A stretch of DNA of 64,000 bases, from assembly GCA_002256025.1 (NCBI GenBank), contig NKIB01009591.1, forward strand, positions 1-64,000, read 5' to 3'. The notes under the pieces are model-generated. The model had not been told where the DNA came from and ran no database searches. It was given only the letters and a program-made list of their open reading frames with translations. The DNA is from Asterionella formosa. Its lineage: Eukaryota. Within the stretch, counting starts at the first letter, position 1. Each line of letters starts with the position of its first letter. Below, one piece after another: positions 44,991 through 58,244 of the stretch. The position numbers and the translations under genes were made by a program.

Positions 44991-47505
44991 ACTAGATGTC
45001 TATACTAAGTCATGACTCTGGATTAGTGTATATTGTCGCACTAGTATCTTTCAATGTCAGATCCATGGAGTAATTTGGTATCTACTTTGCTTAGTAGAGC
45101 TTGTGGATTATAGTTAACATTGCTATATAGCTAGTTCTGGTTACTTTTTATAGCTATTTACACAGTCCTCTGATGTATAGGTACTAATGCAATGCACCAC
45201 AGGTCACCTTCTTCTGATTGATCTGAAACATCAATCTCGCTAGCAAGCTTCTTGACATGGAAACGCACCTCTTGCTTGACTAATTGGACCACGGTCGAGT
45301 CCACAGTCCTCATGACTCATCATTATTGCCATTGATGCTATGTGGTTACAATACATATGCTCATACATATGATACACCTGTACAGGTAGGTACCTGTGCC
45401 TGGTACCATACGCTCAGCGTAAATGTGAGTATAAACTCTCAATTGTTTATATAATTCTTAGCATTTAATAAAATTGTTGAAACCAGTTTAACATACTACA
45501 TATGTTCATTAGTAGGAACAAGTACATATCGCCAATTGCTGTTTTCATCAGCCGGCCATCAAATATTTGCGGGACATCAAATAAAACATGATACTATCAT
45601 AATTATATCATACACTTTCTACAGTTGTTTCATTTTTACCGTCAGATATTAAATGGGTACAATCATCAAAATAAGTATCATACCAGCAATTTTGTTCCTT
45701 CCCATCATCACTTTCGCCGCTGTGCCCTATATAATTGAAGGTAAGTTTCAGTTGTTTTACTATTATTTCCTACTATGTATGCATGATGCTGCTTGAGATG
45801 GCTTTAAGACAAATGGAGGAAGCCCAAAAACATCTCTTTGAACTGACTGTAGCTGCCAATTTTAAATTTACTACTTATACTATGTTGTACATAGATTGAT
45901 AGCTTTTGAGATGGCGCACATAAAGGCAATTGAGCCTCCCAGAGAAAATTTTAGGAGTAACAATGGTCTCCAAGAAATTTGAGAACAGAAGCAGTTGTTT
46001 TCACCCAGAGGGAGTACCAGCCGCGCAATCCCCATCACCCTGCTATCCTACATGTCGTCTTTAATTTCTTCCAATGCATTGGCTGCTTGTGTCAAATTAA
46101 TTTTTGCATTTCAATAATTCCCATTATTTTTATTGATTTGGACAATATAGGAGCATAGTGGCTTATTCAGCAGTCCAAAGTCAGTTTTGAGCAGCAGGGA
46201 TATCATCAGAAATATGCTCCTCAGAGCAGTGTGTGTATGTCAAGGTAATAACTAGGGGAAATGGTGATATAGACTATTCTGGCATGTATGTACCAGTATT
46301 AAAAAAACTTGTATCATATCATACAAAAGGACATCATCAGTGTCAAAAGTACGGCTGGGGTATTAGTATCAGAGCTCATTAATTAATCCTTACATGGATG
46401 ATGAAACAGTAGTGCCAACCAGCCCGATCAAGGGAGATTGCTTATCAAGAAGCCGCCCAGAAAGTCGGGGGCACCAATGGATATTGGTGGATATTTAGGA
46501 TTTCACCCTTAAATGGTGGAAGCCACTACAAATGATTGAGTGTGGGATGGGTCAATAGTTAGATTGGATGGAGAGCCCAAGATGGGAACACTCAAAACTG
46601 TTGTTGTAGGAAGTATGAGCCATGCTGGATGCATGAAATTCGCAACGCTGGCACATTTCGCTCAAATTCAAGGGTTCTTATTGTATTCTGTTGTTCGGAC
46701 ATACTTGCAATTCACCCCATTGCAAAGGTTTCACCAAGTTATTGATGGGTTGCGTCTTCATCATGACAATGATGGGTGGAAGCGGTGGGAACAAGATGGG
46801 TTGACAGAACTACTGGGAACTATAGAGTGGTACATGGCTTTGTCGAAAAGGATAGACCGGAATTTGTGAAAAGGGAATGGCACACGATCTTGATTAATTA
46901 ATGATGTTGAAGCAGATGGAAATGCCTCGCTAAGAGAAAGCAAACTTACGTTTGAACGTGACGAAAAAGGATGGAAATTTCGCCCCCTTTTCGTATTGTT
47001 CCCGCATACTTTTAGTGTCTATGGAATACATGGAACAGGCGACATGTAGGTGTGGTGTCCGTCTGTGTTAACAGTCTCAGTTCTGAGTTTAAGGCCAAGG
47101 TGAAGGATGATAGTGAATCTATCATGAAGGAATGATGAATTGATTGGCTAATAATTAAGCAATTAAAGAAAAGTGAACCCCAGATATAGAAACGAATGAC
47201 AACTGGGATGTTGGCTCCATAGACTATACCGGTTGTATTGTAATAATCCACCGAAGATGTATGACAAATTGAAAATGAGAATATAGCAGTAGTCTAAATG
47301 CCCTAGCTAGTATGGGAAACAGTAATCAACCATTTGGAGCAAAAAATACTGAATACATTTTCTTTCTGGGAGGACATACATCTACCCGTAATAGGGATAC
47401 GTAACAGCTTTAGAAAGAAGTGAGTGAAGATATGGGAATTGGCATGACGACTAGATAGCAATCAAACATGAAGTATTTTGAAATTGCATGGGATTGCATG
47501 GTTGT

Positions 47506-48450
47506 TTAGATATTTGGTGGGCCCACGATTTTGTCACTGATTTCTAAAATATTGTTTCCGAACTTATCGAGTTCAGCTGTATCATCCGATTCATATTCAC
47601 AATATTCATCATCACTAGGAGGTAGCTCACCAGGCAATCCGTAGGCTGGCGAGCCATGGAAGTTACTACCTTCATCGTCATCATCGTCGCCAATACCCAG
47701 GACTCCTCCTCCGTCACTGCCATCCTCGTCCTCCCAGTGTTTTGTTTTCCTTGATTGCCAAGGCAATCCTTCCCCTCTTTCCTGAGTTTCAAGCCATTCA
47801 TTTTGTGCAATGACAACTTCATCGGCATTTTCGCACTTGCAGTATAAGTCAAGTAATTCTTGATTAATTTTCATGAACTCCATACCCCAAGAGAATTGCT
47901 GTAGCAGAGCTAAGGCAGCGTCGAACCTCCCACAAATGTACAGTGTCGCCGCGCCTGCTTCAACACAACTCAATTTGCTGGGTCTCCCATAGTTAACTGT
48001 GTTTGCTGCCACCAAGAACGGAAGCAGTCTGTGATGGCCCGCAGCCATCTGACGAAAAGGGATCTCTTCGAGGCGAGCCCAGGAACAATCAATGAGAGAT
48101 ATTCCAAATTGCTCCACAATAGATCGATCAGCAGGACTGACGGAGACTGTTCCTCTTGGACTAAGGACGATTCCACGAAAGGGTTGTTTTAGGGGCATGC
48201 TTTCAAAGAGGCCTCGTCGCACAAGGCGGGCGCCAGTGCACCTTTTCGGATCACATTGCGCAAAGTCCCACATTCGTAGTCGTAGCCCCTTGAGCGGATT
48301 TTCTTTGACTTCTCCGCATACTTCTGCATTTCTCTGTTCTACATCCTTGGTCGAGGCCACCATTTTTCCATCTTGAGAATGGCCGCTGGGTGATTTCCAT
48401 TGATTCCCAGCGGCTTTTCGGGGATTTCCTTGGGACTTTTTCTTTGCCAT
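47506..48450 (-). CDS. TSR3: 18S rRNA aminocarboxypropyltransferase
   Basis: 'MWDFAQCDPKRCTG', 'IDCSWA', 'RLLPFLVAANTVNYGRPSKLSCVEA', 'FSWG' and an acidic tail. Confidence 0.96.
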   Translation of the reverse strand: MAKKKSQGNPRKAAGNQWKSPSGHSQDGKMVASTKDVEQRNAEVCGEVKENPLKGLRLRMWDFAQCDPKRCTGARLVRRGLFESMPLKQPFRGIVLSPRGTVSVSPADRSIVEQFGISLIDCSWARLEEIPFRQMAAGHHRLLPFLVAANTVNYGRPSKLSCVEAGAATLYICGRFDAALALLQQFSWGMEFMKINQELLDLYCKCENADEVVIAQNEWLETQERGEGLPWQSRKTKHWEDEDGSDGGGVLGIGDDDDDEGSNFHGSPAYGLPGELPPSDDEYCEYESDDTAELDKFGNNILEISDKIVGPPNI

Positions 48451-49436
48451 AATTTAACGATAATTCTAGAGAGTCAAGGGACGCGGCAAGCGGTCGTCAA
48501 AGACTTGTTATTCAATTTGACGATTGTAGGCTGCGAGACGTTCGCTGCAAGGCCCGGTTTTATTCCGCCATGAACTTCTTGTAGTATCATGCTGTCCTGC
48601 CATCATGCATGAATGATACCACCCGTATGTATCTAGGCCTATTTTTGCGCGTTTTCTATTTGTTACACTTTTATTTTATTCTCACCTACTGACTATGTAT
48701 GTAGGACGATGGGAGAGGCATGATGATACCGGTAGCAACAAGAGGTATGTCTTACTACGGTGTATACATACCGGCATTGTTTACAACGGAGAATCTTGTG
48801 AATGAATACACGGTACACACACCATTGCGTACATGGTACTGGTAGCAATATACCGGTATCAAATTCAATTCATTAACCACTGTACTGTACCGCTAAAATA
48901 AATTTGGATTTTGGAGGGAAACGGAAAGAGCACTAATGTGTCATGATTGTGGGCGTCTTGTCCAGCTTTGCAACAGATTTGCAGGAAGTGGATTCAACGT
49001 TGCTGTCAAGGATAGACGATGAAAATTGAATACGTTTATATTGAAGTGGGTCATGATACTATCAGCAATTTGGAAATCATTGGAGCCAGTTACAATGATT
49101 ACATGCTGCGTAGGGGGGTGTCGCTTTTGTCCTGGGTTGAAGATTACTAGGCCACAACTTAGGCTGCAAGAGATTTCGACCTACTCGCGAGGGAAAGAAA
49201 GGTTCACGAGCATCAATTAACTAATCTTATCATTTTGAATTTATGACAGACAATTTTACAGGAAACTTCCCATTCATTGACAACCACGTACAAACCCCGT
49301 GTTTGACGGCTATCTGAGCATTTGGTAAATGGTAGACGGGCGAGGCAAATTAAAGACAATTGTAGATAAAACAACTGAGAATCAACATTGCAAAGACAAT
49401 GGCAGAGCAAGAGAAAAGATTGAGAATCAACAGTTG

Positions 49437-50324
49437 CTATCTCTTTGTCTGCCACAAGCGGAACGGAGGCGGCGGGAGTGCCATACGCACCGTGTTAGGA
49501 GGATGTGTTAAAGGCACAAGACTTTTTGGCGAATTCGAGAATCTGGGTATCTTTGGGGGTGCAGGAACAGAGAGCTTCGACAAGGTAACAGCAGCATCGA
49601 GAACCATCTGCTCATCATCTTGTGAGACGCACATGACTTTGCGTTTATTCTTATGGCGTTTCTCATCGCTACCCCAGCGTCGCTTTCGTTTCGATTGACG
49701 AGGGGAAAGTGGCTTATCAACGGGAGGAATCGGGGTGGATTCTGTTTCATGAACACATGTGACGAGGAGGGGATGGGCCGACAATGGACGGCCTATTTGT
49801 GGAGCAGGGAATATTGTCAGTGGGGAAGCACTTTCGTCGCTTGTTCCAGTTTTAGGTATTGGGCCTTGTTCAGCAATATCGCTGCTACTTTGCAGGATTA
49901 AAGGGAGGTATGACTCCTGCATGGATGAACTCTGGGAGAAAGAAGATTGGCTCTCCCCTTGGTACTCGCTTTCGTGTTGGGCCATGTGCTTTCTCCAACG
50001 ACGCATTAAAGGCCATATACCTGGCTCGCTGGGTTCATGACCCAATGATGAGTCATACGACGGAAGTGACGGTGGTAAATTGATATTGATATCTGAGCCC
50101 GCCTCACTGGTGGATTCAATATGGCCTTCAACAAGCCGTTTTGACAGAAAGGCCATCGCACTTTTCCAGGTCGCTGCTTGCTTCGTATCAGGGCGAGGAG
50201 ATTCAGAACAAGTTTCATTGTATTCCTGTTTTACCTTGTTTCCCTGAAATTGTTCAGAGACGATTGCAAAGCTTGGAAACGCTGCCATTGTGGCTCCAAA
50301 TGAAATCTTGCTTTCTGTCGTCAT
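49437..50324 (-). CDS. Hypothetical Ser/Pro-rich, probably disordered protein with NLS-like basic patch
   Basis: 295-aa ATG ORF with KRKRR motif. No family recognised. Confidence 0.55.
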   Translation of the reverse strand: MTTESKISFGATMAAFPSFAIVSEQFQGNKVKQEYNETCSESPRPDTKQAATWKSAMAFLSKRLVEGHIESTSEAGSDININLPPSLPSYDSSLGHEPSEPGIWPLMRRWRKHMAQHESEYQGESQSSFSQSSSMQESYLPLILQSSSDIAEQGPIPKTGTSDESASPLTIFPAPQIGRPLSAHPLLVTCVHETESTPIPPVDKPLSPRQSKRKRRWGSDEKRHKNKRKVMCVSQDDEQMVLDAAVTLSKLSVPAPPKIPRFSNSPKSLVPLTHPPNTVRMALPPPPFRLWQTKR

Positions 50325-53300
50325 TTCAGATCGTTCGCTTCTGGCAGCAGAAGGCTCTGAATATTATGGGGATAATTGAACAAAGATTCGAAAAAGCGAA
50401 CTACGTTTCATTGTGTCGACTATAGGTAATTTTTCAGCTACCGGTACCTACTTTCAAACGATGAAGGAATCTCCAATTATCGCCTGCATCTACGATGCAT
50501 GTACTGGTACCTTGAACCTTGAACCTTGAACCCCGCCAATGGATGAACGATGAGTACCAGGTACCCTGGTAGTGAGTGATAACGGCACAGTCATTGGCAG
50601 CGTGTCTGAACGTCTCATTACTGGTAATACTATTTTCGGAGTACATTTACCGATATACCGGTATACCGGTAACTAATTTCAGGAAACGGTAGGACTATAC
50701 TTGACAACTACATAGGGAAAATGGGGGCATACGTATCTAGAATTGTAATTTCTTTCCCATTATTGTTCCCAAATAGCTTGGGAAGCAAGATCAGTGACTA
50801 CCATTCGACGAGATGGAACTTTCAATAACTTCGCGAAGAAACATCAGGAGTTTTTTATATGTACTGCACCTCGTAAGAATACCTACTGCTCGCACTGGAA
50901 TTCAGTTCAGCTGGGCGCTACGTAGGTAGTATCAAGTTGAGGTTCCTTCCACTCTCTGATCTATCCTTATGTACGTCAACCTATCATCGGATGAGGCCTT
51001 ATTTCGCAAATACAGCAATGGAGGAACATACATGCACACGTAGGCATATATGCATGCAAGTCAAATGGCATCGTCAATGGAGGACTGGGCATTGTTCTTT
51101 TGTGTAAGAAGAAGATTAAAAAAGTGATTGAAAATCCAAGGAAGTTTCACGCAATCCAAAGAGGATAAGCAAAGAAGCTGATTGCGATGGGCATGTGCAT
51201 GTGCATACTGTGTATATTACTTTTGAAGTCACGTCGGCTCATATTGTGTACATATATATAGTATAATAAAAGATTAAAAGCACATCATTACTGGGCATCT
51301 TGCAGTACAGAATATTAAATATATGAATGGTAATAAAATAAATATAGATAGTAGTCACTCGCCAATCAAGCAAGCCCAAACACAAGGCGTGAACATGATG
51401 CATACGGATACCACCATGTCTGCAAGTTGTGGTCATTTTGCTGAAATGGAAAACATGACACCAGACAGTGCCTATGTTCATCAAACATACATAGAGATAA
51501 ATTCACTATATCAAATCATTTTTATCATGACTTAGTTTTATGCTAATTTGATCCTTAAAATTGCGAAAATATCAAAATGTTGGCAAATGGCCAAATGATG
51601 AAGAAAATGACAATGACCAGTGAACAACAAAGAAAGGAAATACATACATATTGACATTGTATCAACCCAACAACCATGGTGACTTCAGGCGCTGGAATAT
51701 AGGGAAAATGATGGATATTTTCCGCCCTTGAGTGGGAGCCAGACAAATTCACTTGCAGAGTGCCTGCAGTGTGCTGTAATAATATTCTGCTTTCTTCCCA
51801 CCATCTCATGACCTGGAAAGAATTCGACAACACTGTTTAATCATCTCTCTTCTGAGTATATTCCCCCTTCTTGTTATGCAAATATGCTTGGAAAATTTTC
51901 TAAAGATGTTGCTGGCTTGATTTTGCCAGCACTGCCAATCTCTTGAACAAAAACTTCACCTAGGTCAGAAAACGTTTTTCTTGCAAACTCTCGATTTTAG
52001 GAGCACATGCAACTGGTGCTGAAAGAGATGGTGTGCATCCCAGTCACAAATCTCATGGCGTTTTGCGTAGAATTCTGGAATGCGCCCATCAATCATGTCT
52101 GACTGTACTATTCTTGATTTTGTTTCTTAACGAAGATTTCGTTTCTTTCTGAAGAACATTATTGTGGTCCGCCTCCCATACTGCTGTTGCAGTGAATAAG
52201 CAATTTGTGAAATGGACATCGCTGTTCTTTTACGAGCAATAGCAACTGTCCTTTCCTCCATCATTGCTCGCTCAGTCCCATAATGCAGGAGTGACTGTTG
52301 ATCTGGCTGGTTTTGCATCTTGCGGGCTTGTTACCTGAAAAGCTGGTGGCATTGCTGTACCTGCATTCTGAAATGCACCTTTTGCTCTTCCTGCAATAAG
52401 TCATTCAGTTCAATAGGAAGATTTTCCATGGAATCATTACATTTGGTTATAGTAAATGCCTTTTTTCCGGATTTCCTTCCTTTGGAAGGAATGCAAATGC
52501 TGTATCCTGGTGTTGTTGTGCAGAAAGAATTTTTCTTCCCTTGTTCAGTGCATGTTTTTTGTAGTTTCTTTCGCGTGTGCCAGTTGGGTAGCCAGTGAAC
52601 ACTTCATTTTTTTAAGCCATCACTTAGTTGACATTAACATGGCTGGCATTTTCCCGGGCTACAATCCCACTTCACCCATTTCTTTTTGTAGTACTAAGCC
52701 TAGATCGGCAGTCTGAAGTGCTGCTGCTGATACCCTACTCATTCACCATGTCCATTTCGAACACTGCTGCCCTCTTGGCCGAATCTATCCTTCTGAACTC
52801 TCAACTTGCTCCACAAGACCTGCTGGTCCCTCCACATCGAAATTCAGCCACATCAGCCATTTCCCTCCAAAGAAAACATATTTCGCCGACTACGCACACT
52901 TCTCCCAGCAAACTTCTATTCCTCCTCCCATGACCTTCCTGTCTCTCACTTCCACTTCGGATTCTCCCATATTCACCTGGACGAACCCCATACCACTAAA
53001 AGTTCGAAGCAAGAAACTGATCTCTTACTGCCATCCAGACTATCTGCCTTTAGGACCCCCAAAGTCAATTAACCTCAGAACAAGTCAATTACAGCCAGGC
53101 CTCCTGTCAAGCACCATTATTCTTCGATCCCTTTCTTTCCTCTCTCCTTTTGATAAATAGCAAATGAATTAAGCTGGCGCCTTTAACCAGCTTCAACCAT
53201 TCTTTCATCTATCAATTCATTTTGACCATCACATTTCAGCAGCTGAATATTGAACCTTCTTATTTCCTCATTATTAGCATCCAAGATATTCTCCCATCGT

Positions 53301-53703
53301 CGCCATCTCTAAATTTCTTCAGAAACTATAAATCAAAAATCTTTTCAAGTCTCTTTACAAATCTGCGTCAAAGCTGTCTTGTCAACGTATATTGTCACAA
53401 AATCATTAATTTTCCCTCTTTCACCTAGGACTGATATGCTTACGTTCCCTCTTAATCATTGCCACTGTTTTTCTCTCACTTTCTCCACCGTAATCTAATT
53501 GCCAAATAGGCTTCTTGCCCGACTCAAATCTAATAAAGTTACAAAATCTCCTCCATACTCTAACAGTCACATGGGCTCCTTGCCAGGCTCCACTGTGCTA
53601 CATTTACAATCCTGGCCCTCTGGGCTGCAGTGCAACCCAAAGTTCTCCACCATAGTTGCGTACTTAAAAATTTACATTGCAATAATATAGATAGACTATG
53701 TAT

Positions 53704-54078
53704 TCAAAAAATGGATTAGTGGTTTAGCACGTTGCTTTTGATCTGAGGTTGTGAGGTTCGATTTCCGCAATTTTTTGAGAAGCAAATTGTTGGGTTCGAA
53801 TCCCACACTCCTCACCGTCCCGCACGGTCTTGCCTGGTGTACAAGAAATAGTGGCTTGATTGCCCCCATACTACTTCAAGCAGCTTGTGCCGCCTTCCCA
53901 GGTGGTCAGAGTTTCCCCTAATGCTGCGACTAAGACGATCAATTTCGCGAAAGGTGGTTGGGGACTCACCTACGCTAACAAAACTAGGGAAGCCCAGGTA
54001 GTTCTTGTCGGCAGGTAGCAAAATGAATGACTTGCCTAGAAATAGGGGAGTAGTATGAATGGGCTATAAACATGCTAA
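53704..54078 (+). mobile_element. tRNA-derived SINE, copy 2
   Basis: A-box TGGATTAGTGG, B-boxes GGTTCGATTTC and GGTTCGAATCC. 13-bp TSD ATAGACTATGTAT at 53691-53703 and 54079-54091. Homologous to 36971-37394. Confidence 0.87.
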
Positions 54079-55066
54079 ATAGACTATGTATAATAAAATA
54101 GACTATAAATGCAAAAATCTTGATGACAGATTTTTTAATTCTCTATTTGCCATTACTCATCATGATTGGCATGCATTTTCAAGAGGAGGGGCAGGAGAAA
54201 CCTTACTCTTATAGCAACCACAACATGCCATCATGCTTCGCTCAACATCAACACATAGTAGAACTTACTCAGCGTCATGAATACTAGCATCACAATGGCA
54301 ACACTCCACAAGATTTGGCATCTCACAGATTTCAGAGCAACCTTAAAGGCAATTTTATAGCAGGAGTACTACACAGCCATGATAGTTTCCAAAGAATTCA
54401 TCTCAATGCTAAGTGCCCAGCAGTGGATATAAATAATTCCTAGCTGCACACCAAGATAATAAGGCTAAGGAGTATTTTTACAGCACAGTTTAAGCGCATC
54501 TTTCCCCTGCTCAGTCTTAGACAAGTAGCAGGAACTTCAAAGTGTGATAATTCAACTGAACTCAAGGGTTCTGACAATAATGAGCAAGCAGCCAATAAGG
54601 GAAAATGGAGTCACTCTTCACAGACCCTCTCATAATACCTCCTATCTACAACAAGAACAACTCCTTGCTGAAGTCATCTTAACATTCTTGTTAAATATTG
54701 AACTAGTTAATTGGCCTTGGTGAAGTAAAATTATCCAATTTCAAACTCAAAAGCTTAAATCACAAGAAGAAAGTCAAATAGCTACTAAAGGACACCGAGT
54801 AAAATCCCTTCAACATCAGGAATGATATTTCCATGTAACAACTCATTTCAGGGATAATACAAGCATAGATCTTCTTGATTTCCTAGTTGAAAATGCAATC
54901 AGTCTCATCAAATCACGACAAAGGATTGGCATGCAAAATGTGGCAACTGAATTTGTATCAGATACTACTGCTCATCAAGTTATAAGTCAATTATACAAGG
55001 GGGTATAACAATAGCATGTATATTCTTGTGAAGATGCTTTTTACTCAGTCCAGTGCTAAAGCTTAC

Positions 55067-56494
55067 TTATTTCTTTGCTGGCCCAATCATTTCTTCAGGA
55101 ATGATCCATGCATCAAACTCTTCTGCTGTCAAGTAACCACTTGTAACTGCAGCATCTTTTAAGGAAGCACCAGTTTTGTGCGCATTTTTGGCAATCTCGC
55201 TGGCCTTGTCATACCCAATGTGAGGGTTGAGAGCAGTCACTAACATCAATGACCCATGCAAAAGATCGTGGATGCGGCTGTGGTTGGCTACAATGCCTTC
55301 AACACAGCGAGCTGCAAAGGAGTCAGTGGCGTCTCCAAGTAGTCTTGCAGACTGGAGTAAATTGGCTACCATAACTGGCTTAAAGACATTGAGCTCAAAA
55401 TGACCTTGCGAGCCACCAATGGTGATGGTCATGTGATTGCCCATTATTTGAGCACACACCATCGTCATTGCCTCGCATTGTGTAGGGTTTACTTTACCAG
55501 GCATGATGCTTGAACCAGGCTCGTTTTCTGGCAAGCTAATTTCGCCCAAGCCGCATCGAGGACCACTGCCAAGCAATCGAATGTCATTAGCAATTTTGTT
55601 CATCGAAGTAGCAACAGTATTTAGGGCGCCCGAGACCTCAACCAAGGAATCGTGTGCGGCAAGAGCTTCAAACTTATTCACAGCGGTAACAAATGGAAGT
55701 CCTGTCTCTGTTGCAATAGCTTCGGCAATACTCGCATCGTAACCTTCAATAGTATTCAAACCAGTTCCCACAGCAGTACCACCGAGGGCTAATCGGTAGA
55801 GCGACGACATTGCCGTCTTGACACGTTCCACTCCATACTCTACCTGTTGGGCATAACCTCCAAACTCTTGTCCAAGGGTTAGAGGAGTGGCATCTTGACA
55901 GTGCGTCCTTCCAATCTTCACAATAGTCTCAAACTCCTTCGCTTTCGCTTGGAGCGCATTGAGCAAACGCTCGAGTCCGGGGATAGTTCGCTCAACCAAG
56001 ACCTTCACAGAACAAATATGCATAGCTGTCGGAAAGGAATCGTTGGATGATTGACCACAGTTGACGTGATCATTAGGATGAACTGGTGCTTTCGTACCAA
56101 CTTCTCCTCCTAGAATCATAATGGCTCGATTCGAGAGCACTTCGTTGACGTTCATATTGGTTTGTGTACCCGATCCAGTCTGAAAGGTGACCAATGGAAA
56201 CTGCCGATCATGTTGTCCCTCCAAAACTTCTGCGGCTGCCTTGGAGATTGCTTCGGCGATATGGCGAGGCAACTTTCCAATCGATGCATGATACAACGCA
56301 CAGCACTTCTTGACGATTGCCATTCCATACACAACCTCTAATGGCATTCTAGATTCAGGGCCGCCAATCGGAAAGTTTTGAAGAGATCTTTGAGTCTGGC
56401 AGCCCCACAAACATCCTGCAGGGATCTCCAATGAGCCCATAGAGTCAGATTCGACTCGAGAAAGGAGCTTAGCAATGGCAGGATCTTCTGTCAT
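55067..56494 (-). CDS. fumC: Class II fumarate hydratase
   Basis: 'ESDSMG', '[15 protein letters not shown]', 'HPNDHVN..QSSND', 'KIGRTH.QDATP' and the signature [13 protein letters not shown]. Likely start ATG 56494, although the ORF is open to 56674. Confidence 0.96.
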   Translation of the reverse strand: MTEDPAIAKLLSRVESDSMGSLEIPAGCLWGCQTQRSLQNFPIGGPESRMPLEVVYGMAIVKKCCALYHASIGKLPRHIAEAISKAAAEVLEGQHDRQFPLVTFQTGSGTQTNMNVNEVLSNRAIMILGGEVGTKAPVHPNDHVNCGQSSNDSFPTAMHICSVKVLVERTIPGLERLLNALQAKAKEFETIVKIGRTHCQDATPLTLGQEFGGYAQQVEYGVERVKTAMSSLYRLALGGTAVGTGLNTIEGYDASIAEAIATETGLPFVTAVNKFEALAAHDSLVEVSGALNTVATSMNKIANDIRLLGSGPRCGLGEISLPENEPGSSIMPGKVNPTQCEAMTMVCAQIMGNHMTITIGGSQGHFELNVFKPVMVANLLQSARLLGDATDSFAARCVEGIVANHSRIHDLLHGSLMLVTALNPHIGYDKASEIAKNAHKTGASLKDAAVTSGYLTAEEFDAWIIPEEMIGPAKK

Positions 56495-56948
56495 GGTTGG
56501 AAAGCTTATGTGGCGCCTGCACCTGAATAAATGGGAAAGTTTCCTCGATTCACATTTTTTCAGCCAGCATGCCCTTTGCACTTTCAATATGCGTCGCCAT
56601 GCATTCTCATGCAACAAGCCGGATGACAATTTGTAATGCATCTTACCGGTACATACATTTCGGTAGTGCTCCATATTGCACTGTAGAGCGGATCGAAAAT
56701 GATTATAATCACAGCCATGTGGTACAGTTTGCTACGGTACATTGACCATTTGTACGTGATGGTACGAGTACCGGAAAGCACCTTTTTCACCGGTTTTCCT
56801 GGTAGTTACTTACAATATAATCATTGAAAACTTTCTTTTATTTTAACATTTTGCCCACACCATGGAAGTTAGCATATTATTTATCACCACACACCAAAAA
56901 GCCAAGAGAATATCTGCCTGTAGAATTGAATTGGTATCTCCAGAAGTT

Positions 56949-58244
56949 CTACTCTGGAGCTGTATCTGGGTGGGCCAGCCATGCATGCGCCATGACTTCT
57001 TCCAATGTTAATCGATTCCTTGGTTCAATCTGAAGCATACCCTTCAAGAGGTCAACGGCATCATCTGACAATTCAACTCCCCAATCGTTTAGAAGAGTGG
57101 GAAGGCCATGTGTCATCCAATGGAATTGAGGATCTGACCTATGTGGCCTTTGGTAAGATCGATTACCAGTCAGCATGCAAAACAAAATGGTTCCTGCCGT
57201 CCACACATCAACAGCTCCACTATCAAATGGATCAACACTTCTATAAATCTCTGGTGACATATACGGCAACTTCCCACATGCTCCTTGGGGCCTGATCAAC
57301 CGCTTCTGCATGCCTCTTGAAATGTCCACCACAGGACCTGTAGGATCATCAGGATTGGTGTAGGGAACTCGCAATGCCATACCCATGTCAATAATTATGC
57401 AAGCTTGATTTCCATGAATCATGACATTTTCTGGAGAAAGATCTCGATGGCAAATGCCCACTCCATGCAAGTGCTCGAGTCCCTCACATATTTGTCGAAA
57501 CCAATAACGGGCCAAGCCTTCATGCATGCCCGGTGTGGCCAATTGCAGATTCTCTTGCATGACCTCAAAAAAGTCACCTCCATCAAGATATGGTAAAACA
57601 ACATTCAAGTTTTCACCATCAAACAAGACTTCGAGGCATCCAAGGACGTTTGGGTGGTGATTTCCGATTATCTGCATGGCAGCAATCTCGTTCAATGGAT
57701 CTTCTGCGTGTCGTCCTCTCAGCCTTTGCATACGACCCCAATAATTGACTTTAACGGCGACAAATTGATTTGTCTTTTCGAAAACAATATCATCCTCCTC
57801 TTCTTCCTCTTCATTTTCAGAGTCAGAATCATTTGGATCTTTGCGACATCGCCTTAAAACCGCACATATTTGTACATGTCCCATGATAGTTTCAATCGGT
57901 GCCTTGTCTGGCAAGGCCCAATATGCAACTTCGACGCGTCCCAATGCAGTATCTTCTTCACTCGCTATGGACTCACATCGAAAGAGCACATCTCGACAAA
58001 TGAAATTGTTTGTACCATTATTGTAGCATGCGACATCAGCGCGCCGACCTCGATGTTGAATATAATTTGAAAAAGGAATTGGATCTGCTGGTGCTCCGTT
58101 ACGAACCAGCTGCTCAAAAGGTGAAAGTTGCTCTACTACTATGCTTTCACCTGGCAGTCGGACGAGGTCCATTCGAGCTGTCACTTCGGTAAGCAGCAAC
58201 TCATTTGCACCAAGTCTTGAAGTTCCTGAAACGTCGTTCTGCAT
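56949..58244 (-). CDS. Ser/Thr protein kinase
   Basis: VAVK, HRDLSPEN, DMG (DFG variant), 'GKLPYMSPE', DVW and the subdomain XI Arg. Confidence 0.92.
   Translation of the reverse strand: MQNDVSGTSRLGANELLLTEVTARMDLVRLPGESIVVEQLSPFEQLVRNGAPADPIPFSNYIQHRGRRADVACYNNGTNNFICRDVLFRCESIASEEDTALGRVEVAYWALPDKAPIETIMGHVQICAVLRRCRKDPNDSDSENEEEEEEDDIVFEKTNQFVAVKVNYWGRMQRLRGRHAEDPLNEIAAMQIIGNHHPNVLGCLEVLFDGENLNVVLPYLDGGDFFEVMQENLQLATPGMHEGLARYWFRQICEGLEHLHGVGICHRDLSPENVMIHGNQACIIIDMGMALRVPYTNPDDPTGPVVDISRGMQKRLIRPQGACGKLPYMSPEIYRSVDPFDSGAVDVWTAGTILFCMLTGNRSYQRPHRSDPQFHWMTHGLPTLLNDWGVELSDDAVDLLKGMLQIEPRNRLTLEEVMAHAWLAHPDTAPE

Noticed and set aside
51500..53500. Possible decayed gene or transposase (similar regions at 24400-25000, 45700-46950, 54300-54950 and 59560-60100)
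   Set aside because: Only short stop-interrupted frames with no motif I could recognise. A translated profile search would be needed.
53704..53800. Possible tRNA gene
   Set aside because: A and B boxes are present but I could not form a full cloverleaf with an acceptor stem. The sequence continues into a TSD-bounded repeat, so it is treated as a SINE head.
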